55,658 nt of DNA from Clostridia bacterium (GTDB lineage: Bacteria > Bacillota > Clostridia > UBA1212 > UBA1255): the NCBI GenBank assembly GCA_017613535.1, contig JAGADO010000031.1, positions 1 to 55,658 on the forward strand. The letters are read 5' to 3'. The notes below the pieces were generated by a model. That model did no database searches. It saw only the letters and a program-made list of their open reading frames with translations, and had not been told where the DNA came from. Positions 1 to 9,040 of this stretch are shown piece after piece. Position numbers and translations under genes: made by a program. Position 1 is the first letter of the stretch. Each line of letters opens with the position of its first letter.

Positions 1-2
1 CA

Positions 3-141
3 TTGCAAAGAAAGAGGGAAAAGGATATGAATACCCTGTTAAAGGCTCGTTTACGCCCGTACAGAGCCCGTTAAAGGGAACCTGGGCAAATATATCCGGC
101 ATCAATGGTACATGATTTGCCAACGAATACTTGACACAGTC
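3..141. repeat. Left copy of an inverted repeat of at least 139 bp; partner is 55520..55658; runs off the window edge
   Basis: 3..141 equals the reverse complement of 55520..55658 at 138 of 139 positions. The only difference is A65 versus the complement of C55596. Similarity stops abruptly at 141/142 and at 55519/55520. Confidence 0.95.
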
Positions 142-158
142 GAGCTGAGCCTCCGCCA

Positions 159-187
159 TTGACCGCCCGCGCACGTTAAACTATAAT
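159..187 (+). promoter_or_regulatory. Candidate sigma-70-type promoter for the 242..3215 operon
   Basis: TTGACC (159..164), 17 nt, TATAAT (182..187), about 55 nt upstream of the ATG at 242. Confidence 0.45.
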
Positions 188-241
188 AATAGCGGCAACC
201 CAATCGACCAGATCGGCACAAACACCCGGAGGAACCGCGCC

Positions 242-1081
242 ATGGATCAGAACATTTACGACATCATAATATTCGGCGGACAAAGCAACATGCAGGGACA
301 GACAGAAAAACTCGTTGTCCGGGAGCCGGGCGAAAACATGCTCGAATACAGAATGCTGACGGACGAACTGTTGCCCCTGAAAGATCCCGCCGGAGAAGAC
401 ATCAGGCCGGACGGAACACGAGGCGTGCCCTACAGCGAGGAACTCGGCGGAAAATGGCACGAGATCAACGTACTCGGAAGCGCGGTATTCGGAAGCACGA
501 CGCTCCTGCCATCGTTCTGCAAGGCGTACACAGAAGAAACGGGGCGGAAATGCGTTGCCGTACACGCCGCGAAAGGATCGACGGATATTGACTACTGGCT
601 CCCCGGAACACCTGGTTTCAGCGCGATACTCAGAAAAGCAAACGCCGCGAAAGCGAAACTGGCCGCCTCCGGACTCACTCCCGGCCGCATATTCACCGTC
701 TGGCTCCAGGGAGAAAGCGACGCGATCGAAAGCAAACCCAAAAACGTGTATAAAGATATGATCGCATGCCTTGCCGCGGCCCTTAAAACGGACCCGGGGA
801 TCGAAAAATTCGGCATCATCCGGGTAGGCAGATTCACGTGCGACGCGCGCGATACTGAAATAATAGAAGCGCAGGACGAGATCTGCGCCGAAAACCGGGA
901 CTTCATTATGCTCACGACGCTGGCGACCGCTCTGTATGACGATCCGGCGTCAATGAATCCCTTCGTCGGAGGCCATTTCAGCGCTCACGGGCTCGAACGG
1001 CTCGGCACCGCAGCAGGCCTTGCGCTCGGTCAATACGTGAATACAAATTCCGCGTGCAAACCTTGCGCGAGAGTGTTATAA
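242..1081 (+). CDS. SGNH-type carbohydrate esterase, DUF303 / sialate O-acetylesterase-like
   Basis: 279-aa ORF. The N-terminal IIIFGGQSNMQGQ motif is typical of this esterase family. GGAGGA lies 8 nt upstream of the ATG. Confidence 0.6.
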   Translation: MDQNIYDIIIFGGQSNMQGQTEKLVVREPGENMLEYRMLTDELLPLKDPAGEDIRPDGTRGVPYSEELGGKWHEINVLGSAVFGSTTLLPSFCKAYTEETGRKCVAVHAAKGSTDIDYWLPGTPGFSAILRKANAAKAKLAASGLTPGRIFTVWLQGESDAIESKPKNVYKDMIACLAAALKTDPGIEKFGIIRVGRFTCDARDTEIIEAQDEICAENRDFIMLTTLATALYDDPASMNPFVGGHFSAHGLERLGTAAGLALGQYVNTNSACKPCARVL

Positions 1082-1114
1082 TCAGCACAACAATCCGGAA
1101 CGGAGGACGATAAT

Positions 1115-2221
1115 ATGAAATACGACTTTGCAGCTTACATCTGGCCCTCATACACAGGGCACGAAGATCGTACCCGCATTTTCTGGCCTGACGGCATCGG
1201 AGAATGGCAGACAGTGAAACTGGCCGGACCGCGCTTCGAAGGACATCTCTGGCCCCGCAAACCGCTGCTGGGATACAAGGACGAAGCCGAACCCGAAACG
1301 ATGGCAGAGCAGATCGACCTTGCCGCATCGCACGGCGTAAACGTTTTCATCTACGACTGGTACTGGTACGACCGCCGTCCGTTCCTCGAAAACTGCCTGA
1401 ACGACGGCTATCTTCCTGCCGCACGCAAAGACCCGCGCGTAAAATTCTATTTGATGTGGGCGAACCACGACGCGGGAGTCGCATGGGATAAGCGCAATTC
1501 CGACAGGCAGTTCCTGCCCGGAGGACAGCCCCCGGTATGGCGCGGAGACGTTGACCTCAAAGAATTCAGAGTGGTTTGCAGCCGCGTGATTGAGCGCTAT
1601 TTTGCGGATCCTTTATACTACAAGATCGGCGGGAAACCGGTATTCGCGATATATGATTGCCCGAACCTTATTAAGGGGCTGGGAGGCATTGACCAGACGC
1701 GCGCGGCATTCGACGAATTCCGTGAAATGTGCGTAAAAGCCGGACTCCCCGGACTCCACCTCCAGCTCGTATTGACCCACGGCGTAGGAGCGGTACTCGA
1801 AGGATTCACGATCTCGCCCGAAATGTGCGCGAAACTCGGATTCGACAGCATCACCCACTACCAGTTCGTGCACTTCGCATATATTGACCGCCCCTTCCCC
1901 GATGCGCTCGAAGACGTAAAAAAAGAATGGGAGCGCATCCCCGACGCATACGGAGTCCCCTACTTCCCGCATGTATCCGTAGGCTGGGACGCTTCTCCGC
2001 GCTTCCACGACTACATCGGCGGGATACTCAGGGACAATACCCCCGAAAACGTCGGAAAGGGGTTCAAAGCGGCGTGCGAATACGCCGATAAACACCCTGA
2101 GCAGCCCCCGCTCATCACGGTCAATGCCTGGAACGAATGGACCGAGGGCAGCTATCTGCTCCCCGACGACCTGTACGGCTACGGCTATCTCGACGAGATC
2201 CGCAAACTCCAGTTCAACTGA
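1115..2221 (+). CDS. GH99-like / WbsX-like glycoside hydrolase family protein
   Basis: 368-aa ORF. Motifs AAYIWPSY, VFIYDWYWY and ITVNAWNEWTEGSYLLPD resemble the GH99-like (WbsX, PF14307-type) family. GGAGGA lies upstream of the ATG. No signal peptide. Confidence 0.55.
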   Translation: MKYDFAAYIWPSYTGHEDRTRIFWPDGIGEWQTVKLAGPRFEGHLWPRKPLLGYKDEAEPETMAEQIDLAASHGVNVFIYDWYWYDRRPFLENCLNDGYLPAARKDPRVKFYLMWANHDAGVAWDKRNSDRQFLPGGQPPVWRGDVDLKEFRVVCSRVIERYFADPLYYKIGGKPVFAIYDCPNLIKGLGGIDQTRAAFDEFREMCVKAGLPGLHLQLVLTHGVGAVLEGFTISPEMCAKLGFDSITHYQFVHFAYIDRPFPDALEDVKKEWERIPDAYGVPYFPHVSVGWDASPRFHDYIGGILRDNTPENVGKGFKAACEYADKHPEQPPLITVNAWNEWTEGSYLLPDDLYGYGYLDEIRKLQFN

Positions 2222-2249
2222 AACATAACCACATTTTAAGGAGGACAAA

Positions 2250-3215
2250 ATGAAAAAAGTTATTGCAATTCTGCTTTCCGCACTTCTTCTTACAGGTTTG
2301 GCAATACCCGTCAGTTTCGCCGAAGAGGCCGAAGACACCAACTATCTCACCCATAAATGGGCATCCACTTTCTTCGGCGGAACACTTACCGAGGAAACGG
2401 ACGAAGATGGAACGTTTACAAGATACATTCCGGCTTCATCCGAGCCGTGGCTCTCACCTCAGCTAAGCGTTTACGACGACCTAAAAAAAATAGCCGAGGG
2501 CAAAGATTTCATCGAAGTCTATTTCCGTATGGAACTGCGCGGCGTATATAACGCATCTGACAAATCCGGCACATGCGGCCTCCTGTTCCGCGCGATCGAT
2601 CCCAGATCCGGAAGTTACGCATATAAATTAAACGAGGTTGAAAACTGGGACGGTCAGGGCAATCACTGGCTCGACCTCTACGGCGATCTTCTCGAGGACG
2701 GAGACGTGTTCTTCAAGATCGACGGCGGCGGAAACGTGATGTCTATACTGAACCCGCAGACAGCGGATTACACGAGCGACGACTGGACCGTTTTCGAGTC
2801 CGAACCTATGTATATCCCCACAGCGGCGCTTAGTGACGAGCTCTTCGGAGACATCATCCTGTGCTTTGATTTCGCATCGAACAGCGGATACAGCGGCGGC
2901 CTCAAGGGCATCGATATCAGAAACACCGCTATCTACGACTGCAACGAACACGTAACGGAACCCGACCCGACGGAAGAACCCACCGAACAGCCAGTCGATC
3001 AGCCCACGGATAAACCTGCAGATCCCACCTCTGAGAACGAAGCAACAGCTCCGGCAGGCGATGCGACCGCCGCTCCGGTCACTACCCAGGAAAAAACCGA
3101 TGACAATAAATCTTCCGGTCTCAAACCCGGCGCAATAATCGGAATAATCGCAGGCGCAGTCGTTGTCGTCGGCGTGATCGTCGCCGTTATCGTCTCAAAG
3201 AAAAAGAAAAAATGA
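2250..3215 (+). CDS. Cell-surface protein: signal peptide, ectodomain, P/T/E-rich stalk, C-terminal TM helix and poly-Lys tail
   Basis: N-terminal MKKVIAILLSALLLTGLAIPVSFA. C-terminal TEPDPTEEPTEQPVDQPTDKPADP stalk, then IIGIIAGAVVVVGVIVAVIV and SKKKKK. AAGGAGGA RBS. Confidence 0.7.
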   Translation: MKKVIAILLSALLLTGLAIPVSFAEEAEDTNYLTHKWASTFFGGTLTEETDEDGTFTRYIPASSEPWLSPQLSVYDDLKKIAEGKDFIEVYFRMELRGVYNASDKSGTCGLLFRAIDPRSGSYAYKLNEVENWDGQGNHWLDLYGDLLEDGDVFFKIDGGGNVMSILNPQTADYTSDDWTVFESEPMYIPTAALSDELFGDIILCFDFASNSGYSGGLKGIDIRNTAIYDCNEHVTEPDPTEEPTEQPVDQPTDKPADPTSENEATAPAGDATAAPVTTQEKTDDNKSSGLKPGAIIGIIAGAVVVVGVIVAVIVSKKKKK

Positions 3216-3243
3216 CCCGAAATAACCGACCGTATCAAAACCG

Positions 3244-3274
3244 CAGGGCAGCCCGTCAGGCTGTCCTGTTTTTT
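3244..3274. terminator. Rho-independent, probably bidirectional terminator between convergent genes
   Basis: 10-bp stem CAGGGCAGCC / GGCTGTCCTG (one G-U), 5-nt loop, then TTTTTT on the plus strand. TTTT follows on the minus strand. The stop codon of the minus-strand ABC gene (3256..3258) lies in the loop. Confidence 0.65.
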
Positions 3275-5562
3275 CTGCTCGACATCTGTCTCTGCGCCAT
3301 TACCAGATCGTAATAGATACCCTTCTGCCTCATGAGCTCCTCGTGAGTACCGGTCTCAGCCACCGTGCCCTTGTCCAGCACGACAAGAAAATCGGCATTC
3401 CGGAGCGTGGACAGTCTGTGCGCAATAGCGATCGTCGTCCTTTCTTTCGTCAGTTTCTGCAGCGTATCCTGTATATTTTTCTCGGTCTCCGTATCGAGCG
3501 ACGCGGTAGCCTCGTCTAATATTAATATTTTAGGATCGCGCAGGAGCGCACGCGCGATAGAGACTCTCTGGCGCTCTCCTCCCGAAAGCGTATGGCCGTT
3601 TTCTCCTATCACCGTATCGTACCCGTCAGGCAGCTTTATAATGAAATCGTGAGCGCCCGCAGCCTTCGCCGCAGACAAAACTTTATCCTTCGGACACCCG
3701 GGAAGAGCATACGCGATATTGTCATAGATCGTACCCTTGAACAGAAACGTTTCCTGCAGCACCACGCCTATCTGCGACCTGAGCGAATTCTGCGAGATAC
3801 GGCGTATATCGCAGCCGTCAATGCACACGCGCCCCCCGTCCGGATCGTACATGCGCATAATAAGATTGATCAGCGTCGATTTGCCCGCGCCGGACCGCCC
3901 GACGATGCCCACCATATTTCCCGCACCAATGTGCAGGTTCACCTTCTTCAGCACGTCCCCGCCGTCGTCATATCCGAACGTCAGATCTTCGACGTCAATA
4001 TCTCCCTTTATATCCATACTGACAGCCTCGTCCGCATCGGCGACATCCGTCTTTTCGTCAATAACATCGAATATCTTCACCATCGACGTGAACGACCTGA
4101 TGAGCACACGCGGAAGATTTGCCACCCATCCAATGTGTCCGTACAGCATCGTAACGTACGACGAAAGCATTGACGCATCGCCGAGCGACATAAACCCGCC
4201 GAGAATACGCGTGCCACTGTAGTAAAGCAGGAACATTGCCCCCAGATTCATCAGAAAACTGAACAGCGGATCAGTCAGGTTAAACACAGTCTCGTTCTTG
4301 ACAGCGATCTTCTTCTCCTCTAAAGCCGCCTTATCGTAACGCTCAAACTCTTTCTTCTCCGTCCTGTACGCCTTAACGACGCGGATACCCGAAAAGATAT
4401 CGTAAAGTATCGAACCGGAGCGCGACTCGGCCTCCCACTGACGGCCGTAGATGCGGTGGTAGAACCGGCTCAGCAGCGTCCATCCGATCAGGCACACGGG
4501 CAGCGGCAACAGCACGAGCAGCGCCAGTTTCCAGTCAAACACGAACAAAATGACCGTTATCGCCCCGAGCAGCACCGTCTGCTGTATTATGTTCGGGAGC
4601 TGGCTGACAATAAAGCTTTCGAGCTGTGACGTGTCTCCCGTCGCTCTGCGTATGAGCTCGCCGGACGTTCTCCTCGAAACGGAGCGCACGGACAATTCCT
4701 GTATCTTCTCGAACACTTTCCGCCGAAGGTCAACGATGAATCCCGTTCCCGCCTGCATCACCGCCAGGTTCCTGAGCGAATTCACTGCATACGCCGCGAT
4801 CCTCAGCCCCACCATAAGCAGTATCGTCAGTATGAAGCCCCGCAGTATAACGTCAGACGATCCGGAACCCTGCACGGCCTCCCTCGCCTGTTCATTGTCG
4901 ATGTACCCGTCCACCAGAAGCTTGTTCACATACGGCCCAGCGAGCCTCACCGCAAAACCCGCGAAGAAAAGCAGCGCAGATATAAGGATGTACCAGCGGT
5001 ACGGCTTAGCCATCGCCAGAAGGCGCTTAAACATCGATTTTTTATCGGCGCAGCGGATGCAGCTTACCATTCCTTTAGACAGTCTCCTGCCGCATTTCGG
5101 GCACACTCTGAAAACGTCCAGAGTCTCGTCGTCCGAATACTCGCCCGTCTCCCTCAGGCGCTCAAGGCGCCGCGTATTTTTAGCAAAAAGCTCGCATTTC
5201 GCACTGTCCGCGCGGCATACGATATGCTCCCCGTCCTTATCCGTAACGGTGATCTCGCACGCACCGACTAGCGGCCTGTACTCAAACCTGTCACACTCGC
5301 CGATGACGTAGCGGTCAATGATCTCCTTGCCCGCATACACCGCGACCTCTTCGCTCGTTATGATAACAGCCCCGTTTGCCGCCCCGCCGTCGTTGTCAAT
5401 ATTATATCTGAACGCGGTTATAAATTTCCCCCTCAGCTCGTCGTGAGGCAGAGATGCGTATAACCCGCGCCTTATCTGTTCAGGCGTTTTTCTGTTTTCT
5501 TTTTTCAATATCCGCCGGACGATCCTCTTTATGCGCCCCGCGGCCCGCCTGATCAGGCCCAT
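3256..5562 (-). CDS. ABC exporter, fused permease/ATPase (MsbA-like half transporter) with a ~185-aa N-terminal extension ending in a zinc ribbon
   Basis: 768 aa. Walker A GRSGAGKST, signature LSGGERQR, Walker B ILILDEATASLD, H-loop IAHRLST. Multi-TM region follows CPKCG-x10-CIRC. GGAGAG RBS. Confidence 0.9.
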   Translation of the reverse strand: MGLIRRAAGRIKRIVRRILKKENRKTPEQIRRGLYASLPHDELRGKFITAFRYNIDNDGGAANGAVIITSEEVAVYAGKEIIDRYVIGECDRFEYRPLVGACEITVTDKDGEHIVCRADSAKCELFAKNTRRLERLRETGEYSDDETLDVFRVCPKCGRRLSKGMVSCIRCADKKSMFKRLLAMAKPYRWYILISALLFFAGFAVRLAGPYVNKLLVDGYIDNEQAREAVQGSGSSDVILRGFILTILLMVGLRIAAYAVNSLRNLAVMQAGTGFIVDLRRKVFEKIQELSVRSVSRRTSGELIRRATGDTSQLESFIVSQLPNIIQQTVLLGAITVILFVFDWKLALLVLLPLPVCLIGWTLLSRFYHRIYGRQWEAESRSGSILYDIFSGIRVVKAYRTEKKEFERYDKAALEEKKIAVKNETVFNLTDPLFSFLMNLGAMFLLYYSGTRILGGFMSLGDASMLSSYVTMLYGHIGWVANLPRVLIRSFTSMVKIFDVIDEKTDVADADEAVSMDIKGDIDVEDLTFGYDDGGDVLKKVNLHIGAGNMVGIVGRSGAGKSTLINLIMRMYDPDGGRVCIDGCDIRRISQNSLRSQIGVVLQETFLFKGTIYDNIAYALPGCPKDKVLSAAKAAGAHDFIIKLPDGYDTVIGENGHTLSGGERQRVSIARALLRDPKILILDEATASLDTETEKNIQDTLQKLTKERTTIAIAHRLSTLRNADFLVVLDKGTVAETGTHEELMRQKGIYYDLVMAQRQMSSRKNRTA

Positions 5563-5583
5563 AACTCTCCGATCCGTTCCCGG

Positions 5584-6237
5584 TCACAGGAACATATCTA
5601 TCTTTTTACGGCTTCCGGGATCGAGCGCCTTCAGAGAAGGGATCTCGAATCTGTTGCCGTCGACATCCGTCACGCTTATTCTGTCTTCCGATATTTTAGT
5701 TATGCTGCGGTAAGTATCTCTTACCGTGAATTCTCTGTCACCCGCGCCGTCTTTCACTTTCCAGTAGGAATATCCGTACTTTTCATTGACCGATCTTATC
5801 GCCTTTATGGGGGTAACGTGGTACTTGCGCACAAGTTCTTTTCTTAAAAGCTCCTGCGCGTCTTCCGGGAAATCCGTGATGTTCCTGATAACGCCTATCT
5901 CATTATTATCGCGGTCAAGCACGGATATGTATTCTTCGGTCAATTCGTTCGGGAAGCACCGGTGGAGGAATACTCTGTCGTACTCTTCCGGGCCCGTTTC
6001 CGCCGCAGGTCCTGCTGCCTGGTCCGTCGCCTGATCCGCTGTCTGATCCTCCGCCTGATCCGCTGTCTGATCCTCCGCCTGATCCGCTGCCTGATCCGCC
6101 GCAGGCTTCAGGACTTTTAGCGAAATGAAACCGTTTCGTGAAATGAATTCCGCATTCTCCGGCTTCAGATACTCGATCTTTACGACGTCGGTCAGCGCGC
6201 CGCCTGCGCCTTTTTCGGGGATGTTGTCCATGATCAC
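5584..6237 (-). CDS. DUF1854-like ABC-transporter-associated protein with a low-complexity (A/T/E)DQ repeat insertion
   Basis: 217 aa. The C-terminal two-thirds (RVFLHRCFPNE...YWKVKDGAGDREFTVRD...IPSLKALDPGSRKKIDMFL) matches my recollection of DUF1854 (PF08909). ATGA overlap with the upstream ABC gene. Confidence 0.6.
   Translation of the reverse strand: MIMDNIPEKGAGGALTDVVKIEYLKPENAEFISRNGFISLKVLKPAADQAADQAEDQTADQAEDQTADQATDQAAGPAAETGPEEYDRVFLHRCFPNELTEEYISVLDRDNNEIGVIRNITDFPEDAQELLRKELVRKYHVTPIKAIRSVNEKYGYSYWKVKDGAGDREFTVRDTYRSITKISEDRISVTDVDGNRFEIPSLKALDPGSRKKIDMFL
6031..6102. repeat. Tandem 24-bp repeat (2 perfect copies plus 1 diverged) inside the DUF1854-like CDS
   Basis: CTGATCCGCTGTCTGATCCTCCGC at 6031..6054 and 6055..6078. 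Diverged copy at 6079..6102. Encodes ADQAEDQT-type repeats on the minus strand. Confidence 0.9.
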
Positions 6238-8612
6238 TCTTCAACTCCTATATTCCTGAGCGCTTCAAGCTGAAGCGTGTACAATTTGCTGTAAATACCT
6301 TTGTGCCGGAGCAGTTCGCTGTGCGTGCCGGTCTCCTGGACCTTGCCTTCTTCTATAACGACAAGTTTCTCGGCGTCCCTGAGCGTTGAGAGCCTGTGCG
6401 CGATCATTATTGTCGTGCGCCCCTTCGACAGCTCGGTCAATGCCTCCTGTATCCTGCGTTCCGTCTGTGTGTCCATTGCCGCCGTCGCTTCGTCTAGGAT
6501 AAGTATTTTAGGATTAAGGAGAACAGCTCTGGCGATCGATAACCTCTGTCTTTCTCCTCCGGACAGGTCTTTATATCCGAATCCTATTTTAGTGTCGTAC
6601 CCGTCCTGAAGCTTCACGATAAAGTCGTGGGCGCCGGAGATCTTCGCCGCCGTCAGCACTTCCTCAAACGTAGCCTCAGGCCGCGCATAACGGATATTGT
6701 CCATTATCGTGCCCACGAACAGATACGTCTCCTGCGAAACGATACCTACGTTCCGCCTAAGCTCAGCGAACGAAAGGTCCTTGATATTGACCCCGTCGAT
6801 TAATATCTCCCCTCCTGTCACATCGTACAGGCGCATCAGCAGGTTGGCAAGCGTGCTCTTTCCCGCTCCGGAGTGACCGACGAGCCCGAGCGTCTGTCCC
6901 GGTTCTACGTCGAACGAGTCTCCGTCAATAACTTTCTTGCTTTTATCGTACGAGAATTCCACGTTTCTGAATTCGACGTGGCCCTTCATTTCGCCCAGAA
7001 TGACCGGGTCCTCACGCTCTCGCACATCAGGTTCCGCGTCGGCAATTTCGAACAGTCTTCCCGCGGCGTTCGTGCAGTCGGAGAACCAGTAGATCATGTC
7101 TACAAACATGAACATCGGTTCGTTCATCAGCGTGACGTAGGCAATGAATGCCATAAGTTTTCCGTACGTCATGCCTCCGAAACCCGAAATGACCATCCAG
7201 CCTCCCAGAGCCCACACAACGACGTTCGAGAGATACATAATAAAAGACGTAAGAGGCAGCGCCGTGTTGTTGAAGATCGTGACGGTCCTGCTGTCCCCGG
7301 CGAGGCGGCGCGAGCGCTTGTCGAAACGCTCCGTCTCTTCCTTTTCTCTGGCAAAAGATTTGACGACGCGGAAGCCGGAAAGAGCATCGGAAAGCGCGCT
7401 GTTCATTGACCGCGAACTAACGTACCTGCGCTGGTGGAGTGTTGTCATCCTCCTGTACACGCGCCAGACCGAATAAGCAAACAAAGGCATTATCACGGCC
7501 GTTGCCGCGGCGAGCAGCGGATTCATTACGAACAATATCACGAATACAGCAATCAGCTGCACGGCATTTTTAAGGAATTCGGGAACGCCCGAACAGAAAA
7601 ACCAGTAGATAGTGTTAGCGTCGTTGTTGATCTGATTCATCAAGCCGCCCGTCTGGCGAGCTGTGAAAAATGAAAGTGACAGGCGCTGTATCGCCGAAAA
7701 GATCGTGCGTTTAAGATCGTACGTCACATGGCCCGAAACTCTCGCGGAGATCACACCCGAAAGCGCGCTGACGAGCGCACTGATAAAGCGCAATCCGATT
7801 ATCATCACTATCGCAAACGCTATGTGCGCGTACCATTTGCTTCCGGGGGCCAATACTTTATCGTAGAAGAATGACGTTGACACGTACGGTGCTATCACGC
7901 CCAGTGCGGAGAGCGCAGCGAGCGACAATAGCACTGCCAGCATCTGGAATCTGTATTTTTTGGAGAACTGCATGAGGCGCTTATAGATCTTCGTCTTCTC
8001 CATGCACCTCGGGCAGATCTTGCGGTCCGGATCGGGGTACCGGTTCCCGCATTTCGGGCAGAAGCGGTCGTCTTTAAAATCTTCCTCGTCTGTTTCTACG
8101 CTGCGGTCGTCAAGATATTTTCCGGCGTATTTTACGAACAGTCTCACGTCGCGCATCGCGGTGCGGCTCATGGCGGCAATTCTTTCGGGCGTTCCGTGTA
8201 TTTTTGCGCACAGATATCCGCACGAGATCAGTTCTTCGACGGACAATTCTTCTATGCCCCGATCGGTTTTTCCGTCAGCTTCGTCCCCTGATCTATCCGA
8301 CTCTTCTGCCCCGGTCCCGCATTCTCCTTCCGGGATTTTTTCCGGCACCGTGAAGTCGTATTCCCTGTACCCGGTCTCTGAAAAAGTTCTGTGCACCGCA
8401 TCGCGGCGGTTAAGTTTCCCCGGCTTGCCTCCGATCTCCGTCTGACCTTCGATAACGCAAAGTCTGTCTTCGGTAAGCACGAGGTACACAGTGGCATAAT
8501 TTAGATCTGTCACCATATCCGTTTCGGCAAAAACAACTATATCGTCCTCCCTGAGCCCGCGGCTCAGAAGGGCGTTCTTCGCCTCCTGCCTGAATTTAGA
8601 TATTTCGATCAT
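6234..8612 (-). CDS. ABC exporter, fused permease/ATPase with a ~215-aa N-terminal extension ending in a zinc ribbon
   Basis: 792 aa. Walker A GHSGAGKST, signature LSGGERQR, Walker B ILILDEATAAMD, H-loop IAHRLST. CPKCG-x11-CPRC lies just before the first TM helix. Confidence 0.9.
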   Translation of the reverse strand: MIEISKFRQEAKNALLSRGLREDDIVVFAETDMVTDLNYATVYLVLTEDRLCVIEGQTEIGGKPGKLNRRDAVHRTFSETGYREYDFTVPEKIPEGECGTGAEESDRSGDEADGKTDRGIEELSVEELISCGYLCAKIHGTPERIAAMSRTAMRDVRLFVKYAGKYLDDRSVETDEEDFKDDRFCPKCGNRYPDPDRKICPRCMEKTKIYKRLMQFSKKYRFQMLAVLLSLAALSALGVIAPYVSTSFFYDKVLAPGSKWYAHIAFAIVMIIGLRFISALVSALSGVISARVSGHVTYDLKRTIFSAIQRLSLSFFTARQTGGLMNQINNDANTIYWFFCSGVPEFLKNAVQLIAVFVILFVMNPLLAAATAVIMPLFAYSVWRVYRRMTTLHQRRYVSSRSMNSALSDALSGFRVVKSFAREKEETERFDKRSRRLAGDSRTVTIFNNTALPLTSFIMYLSNVVVWALGGWMVISGFGGMTYGKLMAFIAYVTLMNEPMFMFVDMIYWFSDCTNAAGRLFEIADAEPDVREREDPVILGEMKGHVEFRNVEFSYDKSKKVIDGDSFDVEPGQTLGLVGHSGAGKSTLANLLMRLYDVTGGEILIDGVNIKDLSFAELRRNVGIVSQETYLFVGTIMDNIRYARPEATFEEVLTAAKISGAHDFIVKLQDGYDTKIGFGYKDLSGGERQRLSIARAVLLNPKILILDEATAAMDTQTERRIQEALTELSKGRTTIMIAHRLSTLRDAEKLVVIEEGKVQETGTHSELLRHKGIYSKLYTLQLEALRNIGVEE

Positions 8613-8682
8613 ACGTTACCGCCGCCGGTCTGCCGCCGATCCTCTGTCGGTCCGCTGTGCTTCCCGGCGTATAAGCCTGCTC

Positions 8683-8994
8683 TCAGATGTACTTTACAGC
8701 CGTGCCGTAGGCAATAACTTCCGCGGCTCCCTGTGTGATCGCAGATGTTGCAAACCGCACGTTTATAATGGCCTCTGCGCCGAGCTGCTCTGCTTCTGCG
8801 ATCATGCGGTTCGTGGCAATCGTTCTGGCTTCTTCCATCATTTCGGTATACGATTTCAGCTCGCCGCCGATCAGTGATTTGAAGCTTGCCCCGATGTCTT
8901 TTCCGATGTGTTTCGACTGGATCGTACTGCCTTTAACAAGGCCGAGCATTTCGAACTTTTTTCCTTCGATATAGTCAGTATTAACGATAAACAT
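8683..8994 (-). CDS. ybjQ: YbjQ family (UPF0145) protein
   Basis: 103 aa. Length and sequence are typical of the family (YIEGKKFEMLGLVKGS...GGELKSYTEMMEEARTIATNRM...GAEAIINVRF). AGGAGG RBS. Confidence 0.85.
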   Translation of the reverse strand: MFIVNTDYIEGKKFEMLGLVKGSTIQSKHIGKDIGASFKSLIGGELKSYTEMMEEARTIATNRMIAEAEQLGAEAIINVRFATSAITQGAAEVIAYGTAVKYI

Positions 8995-9040
8995 ATCCGC
9001 TGCCTCCTGTTTTTTGTTTTCAGCTTTTTTGGCCGCTTTT

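Noticed and set aside
5915-6244. 109-aa minus-strand ORF with GSGSGGGSDSG repeats
   Set aside because: It is an alternative frame of the tandem-repeat region inside the DUF1854-like CDS. The DUF1854 frame is longer, has start/stop coupling with its neighbours and has a conserved C-terminal domain.
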